This document shows positions 29,687 to 38,862 of a DNA stretch of 55,407 nt, piece after piece. The stretch's first letter is position 1. Every line of letters starts with the position of its first letter. The DNA lies in the NCBI GenBank assembly GCA_026995265.1, contig JALWPC010000422.1, positions 1-55,407 of the forward strand, given 5' to 3'. Under the pieces are notes generated by a model. It was given only the letters and a program-made list of their open reading frames with translations, had not been told where the DNA came from and ran no database searches. The position numbers and the translations under genes were made by a program. The stretch comes from Paracoccaceae bacterium (GTDB lineage Bacteria; Pseudomonadota; Alphaproteobacteria; Rhodobacterales; Rhodobacteraceae).

Positions 29687-31301
29687 GCAGGGCTTTGGCC
29701 CAAAGTTTACCCGTGGGAAGTTTACCGGCCGGGTGGCTGGAAAGATAAGATTTTATCGTGAGCGTTGGTTCCAGTCTGAGCAGCGTCTTGACAACCTCCC
29801 GCGCCGCCGCCGCTTCGCCATTGAGCATCAGCGCTATCGCCAGCGTCCGATAGGAAGACGTGTGCAGCCCGTTGGCGGCAATTGAGCTTTTGGCCAGTTT
29901 TATGGCGGGCTTGTAGTTCCCGTCCATCAGGTGGGCAATGGAAGCCATAATATCATAAAAATAGCCGTAGGGATCCAGTGGAGACAGCTTGCGCGCCCGG
30001 TCGGCACATTTCACTGCCTCGGCCCCGTTGCCGCTAAAGGAGTGCAGGCGCGAAAACATCAGCCAGGCGAGGGCGTGGTTCGGGTCTATTTCGGTGGCCT
30101 GTTCAAAGCGCGAAAGGGCGGTGCTGGTATCGCGCCGCCGGTCCCCCTGCACCATGCCGTCTATCGTGAGCGAGGTCGGGCATTGCGGGTCAAGATCAAG
30201 GGCACGCATGGTGCAATCTTTGGCCCATGCGCTGGTTTGCGAAATATTCGCACTGCGCCCCTGCGAGATGGATAGAATATGCCATTTTGCCTGCCAGGCG
30301 CGCAAAACCGCGTGCTGCGGCAGGCGCGAAACCAGCTCTTCAAGCTGCTGTTTTGCCAGATCAAAACTGCGGGCATCATGCCTGTGCATATTGTTGATCG
30401 CCGACATAAAAAGCGCATGGCTTTCCACCAGTGGCAGCGGGCGGGATTCTGCAAGCTCCACGGCGGCACGCAGCATTTCCCGCCCGCATTCACGGGCAAT
30501 AAGCGATATGGCCGCGCCCCGCCCGTTCAGAATATCGGCTATTCGGCCCTCAAAACTTCGGGTCCACAATATGCGGCCGCTCTCCACCGCGAGAAAATCC
30601 GCGTCCAGCCGATAGCGCGCCCCGTTCACTCGCATGTTCCCCGTCAACACATAGGTGACCCCGAGGCCCGTTTTTATGGTTGAAATGTCCAGTTTCGGGT
30701 TTTGCAATCGGCGGCTGGACAGGTGCGAGATAACATCCACCAACCGCGAGCGCGACAGGCAGCGCGAGATTTCTGCGGCCACCAGATCCCCAAAATGGGA
30801 TTCCTCCGGTGTGCCATGCACCGAGCTTATCGGCAAAATCGCCACACTTGGGGCCAGATCCAGACGTTCGTCCGCACCGGGCGTGACACAACTTCGGCTC
30901 TGCTGGCGTTGCTGGGCCAGCCACAGATTGAACTTCGGCTCCCGTATCCGGATCCCCTCCAGAAACACCCCCGCCTGCCGCCCGCCTTCCAGCCTTAACC
31001 GGCCATGCCGCAGCCGAATTTCGGTGTTGGAAATCTCGAAGATTTCTTCAAAGTTGCAGCCAAAAATTTTGCGCAGGTCGGCCAGGGCGCGTCGCAGGCT
31101 CGCGCGCCCGTGCACCTCTCCTGACCGCTCCCAAAGATGTTCCTGCAACCAGCTTCTGGAATGCACGCCTTTTGCCGCCACAGCGAGCATGGCCAGCAAC
31201 GCCCGCTGTTTGGCGCTTCGGATATTGATAACCGTGCCATCAATTTTCCGGCAACGAAACCCTCCGAAAAGATCCAGCGATATATGTAGTTTATTCGTCA
31301 T
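29664..31301 (-). CDS. Winged-helix (OmpR/SARP-type) DNA-binding regulator with a TolB-N-like middle domain and C-terminal TPR repeats
   Basis: 545 aa. The N-terminus has LFGGFRCR...AKQRALLAMLAV...LRRALADLRKIF, the middle has YVLTGNMRVNGARYRLDADFLAVESGRILW, and the C-terminus contains TPR-like helices. Confidence 0.8.
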   Translation of the reverse strand: MTNKLHISLDLFGGFRCRKIDGTVINIRSAKQRALLAMLAVAAKGVHSRSWLQEHLWERSGEVHGRASLRRALADLRKIFGCNFEEIFEISNTEIRLRHGRLRLEGGRQAGVFLEGIRIREPKFNLWLAQQRQQSRSCVTPGADERLDLAPSVAILPISSVHGTPEESHFGDLVAAEISRCLSRSRLVDVISHLSSRRLQNPKLDISTIKTGLGVTYVLTGNMRVNGARYRLDADFLAVESGRILWTRSFEGRIADILNGRGAAISLIARECGREMLRAAVELAESRPLPLVESHALFMSAINNMHRHDARSFDLAKQQLEELVSRLPQHAVLRAWQAKWHILSISQGRSANISQTSAWAKDCTMRALDLDPQCPTSLTIDGMVQGDRRRDTSTALSRFEQATEIDPNHALAWLMFSRLHSFSGNGAEAVKCADRARKLSPLDPYGYFYDIMASIAHLMDGNYKPAIKLAKSSIAANGLHTSSYRTLAIALMLNGEAAAAREVVKTLLRLEPTLTIKSYLSSHPAGKLPTGKLWAKALLEAGVPS

Positions 31302-31362
31302 CGCAAGTTCACGCTACGTCAAGACAAAGTAAACCGGTAGCCATTTCCTGCGCGTTACTTGG

Positions 31363-31381
31363 TTTTTCACACTTTTTTCAC
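31363..31381 (-). promoter_or_regulatory. Direct repeat TTTTTCAC x2 with 11-bp period, upstream of the wHTH regulator gene
   Basis: TTTTTCAC at 31363-31370 and 31374-31381, which is 62-80 nt upstream of the start at 31301. OmpR/SARP-type wHTH proteins typically bind direct repeats one helical turn apart. Confidence 0.3.
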
Positions 31382-31585
31382 GTCGGCCCGCAGGTTAATA
31401 CGCTCGGGCAAAACCGGAGCCGACCGGGGCGAAGCGCGTTTTGCCGTCAGGGTTTCGGTTTCCTTGGCACTTGCCGGGATGACGCCTTATATTTAGGGAA
31501 GCGCTGAACAATGGGGCTTCGCGCGGCTAATGTGATGCGCAGAAATTGGCTCCTGTCGAGCTTCGCTCCTTTTTTTAAATTTTCT

Positions 31586-31716
31586 AAAACAATCATAGAT
31601 TGTTTTTTAAATTTTGGTAAAATATATTAAGTTTAACGTTAAACCATATCATAATACATTGTTAATAAACATGTATTATTGCCATAAGGTGTCTATTCTC
31701 CTAGGATAATAGACAC
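31586..31716. repeat. AT-rich cluster of four consecutive palindromes, including copy 2 of the 26-nt element
   Basis: AAAACAATC-ATA-GATTGTTTT (31586-31606); GTTTAACGTTAAAC (31631-31644); ATAATACAT-N11-ATGTATTAT (31651-31679); GTGTCTATTCTCCTAGGATAATAGACAC (31689-31716). Confidence 0.8.
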
Positions 31717-31849
31717 TTCTAAGCAGAGCATTCCAGGCTATGTTTTGAACATTGATACCTTCTATACGTGTGTTTGGGTGAGGCGTAGTCCTGCGAAACA
31801 TAGTCCGGATTTAGCGAAAACATGTGGTCCCGCTTTATTCAGAGCTTCC

Positions 31850-32722
31850 TTAGGTTATTCTGCCCTCAAACAGATGCGCTATCGCAGCGATTTCCCGCTG
31901 CATATGTTCGCGGAATAACCTCACCCGTTTGATCCGGCGTAAATCGCGGTGATAGAGCAGCCATAAGCCCAAATCGTGGTGTGGATCCGGCTGGCGATAA
32001 CGCACCAGCTCCGGCGTGCCATCGCCCATGAAACACGGCAGATAGGCCAGCCCGAGACCGGCCTTCAGGGCGGCGAGGGTCAGCAATGTATCGTCCACAT
32101 AAACCGTATGGGCCTGATCGGGGCAGGCGGCTTTGGTCCAGTCCATGTGAAAACCGCAGCATTCCACCCCCAGCCATGTTTCCGCCACCCTGCCCGCGCG
32201 TATATCCTCAACATAGCCACGCGCGCCGTAAACCGCCGAGGCCACCGTGACCAGCCGCGTGCCGATCAGGGTATCCAGCGGGGTGTTGGTCAGGCGGATG
32301 GCGATATCCGCATCGCGCTCCGAGAGCCGGGCAAACCTGTTGGACACCTGAATGTGCAGCTCGATACGCGGCTGGGCCCGGCTGAACCGGGCAAAGATGG
32401 GCATCAGCACCGAAGATGCCATGTTGTTGATGGCCGTCACCCGCAATTCGCCCGCCGCGCTGTTGTCCAGATCGCTGCGCACGCCTTCAAACCCGAGAAT
32501 TTCGGCCTCTATCTTGCGGGCAACCAGGTGCAGTTCCTCCCCCGCTTCGGTGAGGTCATAGCCGGATTTGCGCCGCTCGATCAGGGTCGTGCCGAGATTT
32601 TCCTCCATCGCACGCAGGCGCCGCGATACGGTGGAATGCTGCACCGACAAGCGCCGCGCCGCGCCGCTGATCGAGCCCGTGCGGGCTATGGCCAGAAAAA
32701 TTCTCAGATCATCCCAATGCAT
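31850..32722 (-). CDS. LysR-family transcriptional regulator
   Basis: ORF 31850..32761. The start MHWDDLRIFLAIARTGSISGAARRLSVQHSTVSRR (LysR HTH) is at 32722. It is divergent from the methyltransferase gene. Confidence 0.9.
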   Translation of the reverse strand: MHWDDLRIFLAIARTGSISGAARRLSVQHSTVSRRLRAMEENLGTTLIERRKSGYDLTEAGEELHLVARKIEAEILGFEGVRSDLDNSAAGELRVTAINNMASSVLMPIFARFSRAQPRIELHIQVSNRFARLSERDADIAIRLTNTPLDTLIGTRLVTVASAVYGARGYVEDIRAGRVAETWLGVECCGFHMDWTKAACPDQAHTVYVDDTLLTLAALKAGLGLAYLPCFMGDGTPELVRYRQPDPHHDLGLWLLYHRDLRRIKRVRLFREHMQREIAAIAHLFEGRIT

Positions 32723-32840
32723 GGGGCCTCTCCCGGTAACTGTGCATTTTTGCACATCCATTCCGCAATTTTGCCGAATACCCGCAAGTTTGGCCCTCTG
32801 TTATGTATTTTTCAACAACAATCTCAACGGGAGGATCACC

Positions 32841-33707
32841 ATGAACACGCATACAAAACCTTTTGATGCCGAAGCGTTCAAGCGCACAACCCGCGCGCAA
32901 TGGGATGAGGCCGCGGCCGCGTGGGACCGCTGGTCCGGCCTGCTGTCGCGCTGGCTGGGCCCGGTCACCGAGCGGATGCTGGACATGACCGGCGTCACCA
33001 CCGGCAGCCGGGTTCTGGACGTGGCCGCCGGTGCGGGCGAGCAAACCCTGGTTGCGGCAAAACGGGTCGGGCCAACCGGATATGTGCTGGCCACGGACCT
33101 GTCGCCCGAAATTCTCAAACATGCGGCGGAAAACGCCCGTCTTGCGGGCCTGTCCCATGTGGAAACCCTGGTGAAGGATGGTGAGGCCCTGGCTCAGATC
33201 GAGGCGGACCCTTTCGATGCGGTCATTTCCCGCGTGGGGCTGATCTATTTCCCCGATCAGCTCAAGGCGCTGTCGGGTATGCGGGACCAGCTGCGCCCGG
33301 GCGGAAAGGTGGGGGCCATCACCTATGCCAGCGCCGAGGCCAACGGGTTCTTCTCGGTGCCGGTGGGCATTATCCGGCGGCGCGCCGCCCTGCCCCCGCC
33401 CCAACCCGGCCAGCCCGGCCCGTTCAGCCTTGGCGACCCGGATGTGCTGGTGGCCCGTTTGGAAGAGGCCGGTTTCAGCGATGTGCAGGTGGAACGGGTG
33501 GCGGCACCGGTGCGCCTGACCTCCGCCGCCGAATGCCTGCGGTTCGAGCAGGAATCCTTCGGCGCCCTGCACCAGATGCTGGCGGGGTTATCCGAACCCG
33601 AGCAGGATGATGCCTGGGCGGAAATCGAAGAGGCGCTGGCGGCATTTGAAACCGACGGCAAATTTGAGGGCCCGTGCGAAATGCTGGTGGCCTGCGGAAC
33701 AAAGTAA
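32841..33707 (+). CDS. Class I SAM-dependent methyltransferase
   Basis: ORF 32568..33707. The real start is probably MNTHTKPF at 32841, preceded by GGGAGGA. SAM motif I is VLDVAAGAGEQT. Confidence 0.85.
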   Translation: MNTHTKPFDAEAFKRTTRAQWDEAAAAWDRWSGLLSRWLGPVTERMLDMTGVTTGSRVLDVAAGAGEQTLVAAKRVGPTGYVLATDLSPEILKHAAENARLAGLSHVETLVKDGEALAQIEADPFDAVISRVGLIYFPDQLKALSGMRDQLRPGGKVGAITYASAEANGFFSVPVGIIRRRAALPPPQPGQPGPFSLGDPDVLVARLEEAGFSDVQVERVAAPVRLTSAAECLRFEQESFGALHQMLAGLSEPEQDDAWAEIEEALAAFETDGKFEGPCEMLVACGTK

Positions 33708-33761
33708 CGCGGCGGCGGCGGGGCGAGTGGCCCCGTCCCGCCCTGGCAGGAGGGCAAAGAC

Positions 33762-34700
33762 ATGATCAAAACCGCTGTAATACAGGAACCGCCGGTCTAT
33801 CTCGACCTGGAGAAATCCCTGGAGCGGGCGGTGGAGCTGATCGCCCGTGCCGCCGCAGACGGCCATGGGCTGGTGGTGTTCCCCGAAGCCTGGCTGCCCG
33901 GGTATCCGACCTTTGTCTGGCGACTGTCCCCCGGGGCGGATATGGGCAAGACCGATGCGCTTTATGCCCGCCTGCTGGCCAATGCGGTGGACCGTGGCAA
34001 AGGTGGGCTGGCCCCCGTGCAGGAGGCAGCGCGGGCGCATGGGGTGGTGGTGGTCATGGGTTATCAGGAGGTGGACAGCACCCGGACGGCGAGCACGCTT
34101 TTCAACAGTTGCGCCATTATCGACGCCGACGGGCGGATCGCCAACACCCATCGCAAGCTGATGCCCACCAACCCCGAACGCATGGTCTGGGGCTTTGGCG
34201 ACGGCACGGGGCTCAGGGTGGTGGACACCGCTGTCGGCCGGATCGGCGCGCTGATCTGCTGGGAAAATTACATGCCCCTGGCGCGGTTTGCCCTCTATGC
34301 CCAGAATATCGACATTTATGTTGCCCCCACCTGGGACAGCGGCGAAACTTGGCTGGCCACCATGCAGCATATCGCCCGGGAAAGCGGCTGCTGGGTGATC
34401 GGCTGCGCCACGGCGATGGAGGCCGCCGACATCCCGCCGGATGTGCCGTTTCGCGACCGGCTCTTTCCCGATGCGGCGGAGTGGATCAACCCCGGGGATG
34501 CGGTGATCTATAAGCCCTTCGGCGGGGTTCTGGCCGGGCCGATGCGGCGGGAAAAGGGCGTGTTGAGCGCTACGCTCGACATCAGCGCGGTGCGCGCGGC
34601 GCGGCGCAAGTTTGACGTCGCCGGGCATTACGCGCGCCCGGATGTGCTCAAGCTGGTGGTCAATCGGGCGCCGCAGGCCCCGGTGCAGTTCGAGGGGTAA
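33762..34700 (+). CDS. Nitrilase / carbon-nitrogen hydrolase family enzyme
   Basis: 312 aa. The Glu-Lys-Cys triad contexts are VVFPEAWLPGYP, HRKLMPT and GALICWENYMPL. Confidence 0.9.
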   Translation: MIKTAVIQEPPVYLDLEKSLERAVELIARAAADGHGLVVFPEAWLPGYPTFVWRLSPGADMGKTDALYARLLANAVDRGKGGLAPVQEAARAHGVVVVMGYQEVDSTRTASTLFNSCAIIDADGRIANTHRKLMPTNPERMVWGFGDGTGLRVVDTAVGRIGALICWENYMPLARFALYAQNIDIYVAPTWDSGETWLATMQHIARESGCWVIGCATAMEAADIPPDVPFRDRLFPDAAEWINPGDAVIYKPFGGVLAGPMRREKGVLSATLDISAVRAARRKFDVAGHYARPDVLKLVVNRAPQAPVQFEG

Positions 34701-34703
34701 ACC

Positions 34704-35636
34704 ATGTGGAGAAGTCGTCTCGTTCTGGCGCTCGCGGGTTTTGGCCTGCCCCTGGCCGCCGCGGCCACCCCCCAATGCCCGTTTGAGCCCGTCTCGGCCC
34801 ATGTCTGGGTGCTGCACGGCAGCAATGCCGCAACCTGCCCGCGGGCGGCGGCCCATCCGGCCACCAATATCGGGGCGGTGGTGACCGGAGCCGGTGTGGT
34901 GCTGATCGACCCGGGCGGGTCCGACGAGATCACGCGGCTGGTGCTCGATCGGCTGGCGGATGTAACCGGAGAACCGGTGGTCGCGGTGATCAACACCCAT
35001 ATTCACGGCCCCTACTGGTTGGGGAACGCCGCTGTGCGGGCGCGTTTTCCGGGGGTGCCGATTATCGCCCATAGCCGCATGATCGCACGTCTGGCCGCTG
35101 GCGAAGCCCGCGCCTGGGCCGCAACCCTCGACCCGGATGCGCCGCCCGATGTCGTCGGACCGGACACCCCGCTGGGTGGAGAGGCCACCCTGACCGTCGG
35201 GGAAGTGCAACTTCGGCTGCACCCGCTGGAGCACGCCCATACCGACAACGACCTGCTGGTGGAGGTGCCCGCCGAAGGGGTGCTGTTTCTGGGCGGGCTG
35301 GTGGTGGAGCCGGAACTGCCCTCGCAGGGGGTGCCCGAAGATGCCGATTTTGCCGGTCAGATCCGCGCCATCGGCGCGGTTATCGAAATGCAGGCAAATC
35401 ATTACGTGCCCGGGCGGGGAACAACCGGCGGCAAGGCCCTGCCGCGACGTGCAGCGGCCTTTCTGCAAGCGCTTTATGACAGCGTCGGGCGCTATTACGA
35501 TGCCGGTTTGACAGACTTCGAGATGGTTCCCCGGTTGCGGGATGACCTTGTCCGTTTCCGGCAATGGTATGACTTTACGGCGCTGGGGCGGGTGGTGGCT
35601 TTCCTCTACCTGCAGATAGAAGCCGAAAGGTTCTGA
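34704..35636 (+). CDS. Secreted metallo-beta-lactamase-fold protein with degenerate metal-binding motifs
   Basis: 310 aa with a signal peptide (LALAGFGLPLAAAA). The MBL-like fold pattern is present, but the HxHxDH box reads THIHGPYW and the late PGHG-type box reads VPGRG. Confidence 0.7.
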   Translation: MWRSRLVLALAGFGLPLAAAATPQCPFEPVSAHVWVLHGSNAATCPRAAAHPATNIGAVVTGAGVVLIDPGGSDEITRLVLDRLADVTGEPVVAVINTHIHGPYWLGNAAVRARFPGVPIIAHSRMIARLAAGEARAWAATLDPDAPPDVVGPDTPLGGEATLTVGEVQLRLHPLEHAHTDNDLLVEVPAEGVLFLGGLVVEPELPSQGVPEDADFAGQIRAIGAVIEMQANHYVPGRGTTGGKALPRRAAAFLQALYDSVGRYYDAGLTDFEMVPRLRDDLVRFRQWYDFTALGRVVAFLYLQIEAERF

Positions 35637-35691
35637 CAGGGTCCTTGATTCCTGTAAAGACGAGGCCACTCGGCCCGCCCCCGCCGCTTGG

Positions 35692-36993
35692 TCAGTTCCC
35701 CATGGCGTTTGGCAAGGTGGTCACAATGGCCGGAAACAGGGTAATAATCAGCGCGCCAAGCAGCAGCAGGAAGAAGAACGGCAGCGCCGCCATGGCCACC
35801 CGCAGGATGTTCACCCCGGTGAGCCCCTGGATCACAAACAGGTTAAAGCCCACCGGCGGGGTGATCTGGCTCATTTCCACCACCAGCACCAGATAGATGC
35901 CAAACCAAAGCGGGTCTATCCCCGCCGCCTCGACCATCGGCAGGATGATGGAGGTGGTCAGCACCACCACCGAAATACCGTCCAGAAAGCAGCCCAGAAT
36001 CACGAAAAACAGCGTCAGCGCCGCCAGCAGCGCATAGGGGGAAAGCTGGAGCGTCGCGATCCAGGCCGCCAAGTTGCGCGGAATGCCGGTAAAGCCCATG
36101 GCGATAGAGAGAAACGCCGCGCCCAGCAGGATAAAGGCGATCATTGCCGAGGTTTTGGTGGCCGACATCAGCGCCTCCATAAAGGCCTTTCTGCCAAAGC
36201 TCCCCGACAGCGCCGCCAGAATGGCAGAGAGCAGCACCCCGAGCGCCGCCGCATCGGTGGGCGAGGCCACGCCGGTATAGATAGAGCCGATCACCCCGCC
36301 GATCAGCAACAGCACCGGAATCAGCCGCCGCGAGGCCCGCAGCTTTTCGGTAAAGCTGTAGCGGGTGCCATCATCGGGAATATCCGCCGGATGCCGCCAC
36401 GCCACAAAGGCCACATAGCCGCCAAACAGCACCACCAGCATCAGCCCCGGCAATATCCCCGCCACAAACAGCCGCGCAATGGATTGCTCGGTAGCCACCC
36501 CGTAAACGATCAGGATGATCGAGGGCGGGATGAGCAGCCCCAGCGTCGCCGAGCCTGCCAGCGTGCCCAGAACAAGCTTTTCCGGATAGCCCCGCCGCTT
36601 CAGTTCCGGCACCGACATCCGGCCGATCGTCGCCGCCGTTGCCGCCGAAGAGCCCGACACCGCCGCGAAAATCGCGCAGCCCAGAATGTTCACGTGCAAC
36701 AGCCGCCCGGGCAGCCGCCCGAGCCACGGGGCCAGGCCGCTGAACATATCTTCAGAGAGCCGCGAGCGCAGCAGGATCTCGCCCATCAGGATAAACAGCG
36801 GCAGCGCCGCCAGCGGCCAGCTATGGCTATGCCCCCACAGTGTGGTGGCCAGCACCAGCCCTACGGGCGCATGGGAAAAGGCGACAATGGCGACAAAGGC
36901 CATGATCAGCAGCGCCATCGCCACCCAAACGCCTGCCGCCAGCAGGATCAGCAAGACCCCTAAAAGGATGGAAAAGATCATCGGGTCAGACAT
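35692..36993 (-). CDS. dctM: TRAP transporter large permease subunit
   Basis: 433-aa polytopic membrane protein with the DctM-family pattern. It is adjacent to dctQ and dctP. Confidence 0.9.
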   Translation of the reverse strand: MSDPMIFSILLGVLLILLAAGVWVAMALLIMAFVAIVAFSHAPVGLVLATTLWGHSHSWPLAALPLFILMGEILLRSRLSEDMFSGLAPWLGRLPGRLLHVNILGCAIFAAVSGSSAATAATIGRMSVPELKRRGYPEKLVLGTLAGSATLGLLIPPSIILIVYGVATEQSIARLFVAGILPGLMLVVLFGGYVAFVAWRHPADIPDDGTRYSFTEKLRASRRLIPVLLLIGGVIGSIYTGVASPTDAAALGVLLSAILAALSGSFGRKAFMEALMSATKTSAMIAFILLGAAFLSIAMGFTGIPRNLAAWIATLQLSPYALLAALTLFFVILGCFLDGISVVVLTTSIILPMVEAAGIDPLWFGIYLVLVVEMSQITPPVGFNLFVIQGLTGVNILRVAMAALPFFFLLLLGALIITLFPAIVTTLPNAMGN

Positions 36994-36994
36994 G

Positions 36995-37549
36995 CTATTC
37001 CGCCCCCTCGTCCACCAGAACCGGCGCGCGGGCCAGCAGCGCCTCGATCAGCGTATCGACAAAAGCCACCGTCAGCAGCCCCAGCCCCGCCACCATGGAA
37101 AGCTGTGGAATCCATATGGGAATGGCGATAATGCCGGTGGACATATCGCCGTAGCGATAGCTTTCCCCCAGCAGCGACGCGGTGTAATAGGTGGCATAGC
37201 CCGCCATACCCGCCCCCAGCGCCAGCGTGACCAGCTCCAGCCCCCAGCGCGCCCCCTTGGGCAAGGCGCCGACCAGCAGGTTCACCCTGATATGCCCGCC
37301 CGCCCGCAGGGTATAGGCCAGCGCCATAAAGGTGGCCGTGGCCAGAAAGAACCCCGAGAAATCCGCATAGGATGGCAGGGTGTAAGACCAGCCCGGCCCG
37401 CCGATGCGCGCCAGAATATTCAGCATCACCTGCGCCGAGACCACAAGGCAGATGCCCAGAATCGAAAGGGCCGCCATGGCCCCTGCAAGCTTATAAAGTG
37501 TGTCGAGTATCCGGCGCATGGTCAGCCTCGCATAAAAAGCCCGCGCCAC
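36995..37549 (-). CDS. dctQ: TRAP transporter small permease subunit
   Basis: 184 aa with 4 predicted TM helices, located between dctP and dctM. Confidence 0.85.
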   Translation of the reverse strand: MARAFYARLTMRRILDTLYKLAGAMAALSILGICLVVSAQVMLNILARIGGPGWSYTLPSYADFSGFFLATATFMALAYTLRAGGHIRVNLLVGALPKGARWGLELVTLALGAGMAGYATYYTASLLGESYRYGDMSTGIIAIPIWIPQLSMVAGLGLLTVAFVDTLIEALLARAPVLVDEGAE

Positions 37550-37573
37550 CCGTTGGCAGCGCGGGCCATGGGC

Positions 37574-38545
37574 CTAGTTGTTGTTATAGGCGTCCAGGAT
37601 GGAGAGCGCTTCCGGCGAGGCATTGGCCTTCCAGTTCTCCAGCATTTGCGCGCCAATGGCCTGCAAACCGGCCACCAGTTCCGGCGACGGGCTGACGATA
37701 ATCATGCCGTTATCGGCCATGATCTGGGTTTTGGTCGCCGCTTCGGCTTTGGACATCTCCCAGCCCCGCTTTTCGGCCGCTGCCGCCGCTTCCAGCACCG
37801 CCGCCTGATCTTCCGCCGATAGCCCGTCAAACGAACGCTGGTTGACCACGACGATATTTTTGGGCAGCCAGGCATCTATCTGGGTGTAATGGGTCACAAA
37901 ATCCCACGCCTTGGAATTGGCCCCGGTCGAGGGCGATGTGATCATGGCTTCCACCTGTCCGGTGGAAAAAGCCTGTGGAATATCCGGCGCTTCCACCTGC
38001 ACCGGCGCAGCCCCTGCCAAGGTGGCAAACTCTTCCAGCGCGGCATTATAGGCGCGGAAACGCAGGCCGGACAGGTCGTCCACGGTCTTGATTTCGCCTT
38101 TGGTGTAAAGCCCCTGTGCGGGCCACGGCACTGCAAACAGCACCTTCAGCCCCTGCTTGGCCAAGAGCGCATCAATCACCGGGCGCTGCGCGGCCCAGAG
38201 CCTTTCGGCGTCCTCATAGCTGGTGGCAAGGAAGGGCTGGCTGTCAATGCCAAAGGCGAGGTCCTCGTTGGAAAGCCGTGAGAGGAAAAACTCGCCCAGC
38301 GGCACCTGGCGCGAGCGAATGGCGTTTTTGATTTCCGCATGGGGGAAGAGCGAGCCGGCCGAATGCACGGTGATGGTCAGGTCACCATTGGTGGCCGCCG
38401 CGACGTCATCGGCGAATTGCATGATATTGACCGTGTGGAATGTGCTGTCGCCATAAGGGGTTGGCATATCCCATGTGGTTTGGGCCATGGCAGGCGTGGC
38501 GACAGCCAGCCCGGCGGCAAAAGCCGCAGCATGAGTCATCTTCAT
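37574..38545 (-). CDS. dctP: TRAP transporter substrate-binding protein
   Basis: ORF 37574..38635. The likely start is MKMTHAAAFAAGLAVATPAMA (signal peptide) at 38545. It has the DctP-family pattern. Confidence 0.9.
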   Translation of the reverse strand: MKMTHAAAFAAGLAVATPAMAQTTWDMPTPYGDSTFHTVNIMQFADDVAAATNGDLTITVHSAGSLFPHAEIKNAIRSRQVPLGEFFLSRLSNEDLAFGIDSQPFLATSYEDAERLWAAQRPVIDALLAKQGLKVLFAVPWPAQGLYTKGEIKTVDDLSGLRFRAYNAALEEFATLAGAAPVQVEAPDIPQAFSTGQVEAMITSPSTGANSKAWDFVTHYTQIDAWLPKNIVVVNQRSFDGLSAEDQAAVLEAAAAAEKRGWEMSKAEAATKTQIMADNGMIIVSPSPELVAGLQAIGAQMLENWKANASPEALSILDAYNNN

Positions 38546-38832
38546 TGTGGTATCTCCCGTTGTCGGCCGCATATGTGGCGGCGCGTTTATTGAATGCAGA
38601 AAAATTGTCAGTGTTTTGCCAGCTTTGCAAGGCATTTTTCAATGTTGCGCAACATTGGCCACCACCAGGGCGTGGCGAAATCATGGAAACGGCCCAGGCG
38701 TGCCGCGGGCAGGATGTAAATCCACACGTATCGCGAACCTCAAGACAGGCCCCGATCCAGCCCACCTCCACACAAAAGGAAAACGCGCCCCGTGGGACGC
38801 GCTTCAATGTGGTGCAGTCTAAGCTACTTGTT

Positions 38833-38862
38833 AACGGCTCGACCACGATTTCTGAATAGGGA
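38833..38862 (+). repeat. Inverted-repeat arm; candidate tracrRNA anti-repeat remnant
   Basis: GACCACGATTTCTGAAT (38841-38857) is the exact reverse complement of 40434-40450. The flanks are partly complementary (GGCTC/CAGCC, TAGGG/ACCCA). Confidence 0.35.

Noticed and set aside
32568-32840. N-terminal extensions of several track ORFs: 32568 for the methyltransferase; 22351-22446 for the autotransporter; 38546-38635 for dctP; 9366-9497 for cheD; 32723-32761 for LysR; 12088-12129 for MCP3.
   Set aside because: The extensions are Arg/Cys/Pro-rich or overlap neighbouring genes. Internal starts give canonical N-termini (signal peptides, HTH, RBS-preceded ATG).
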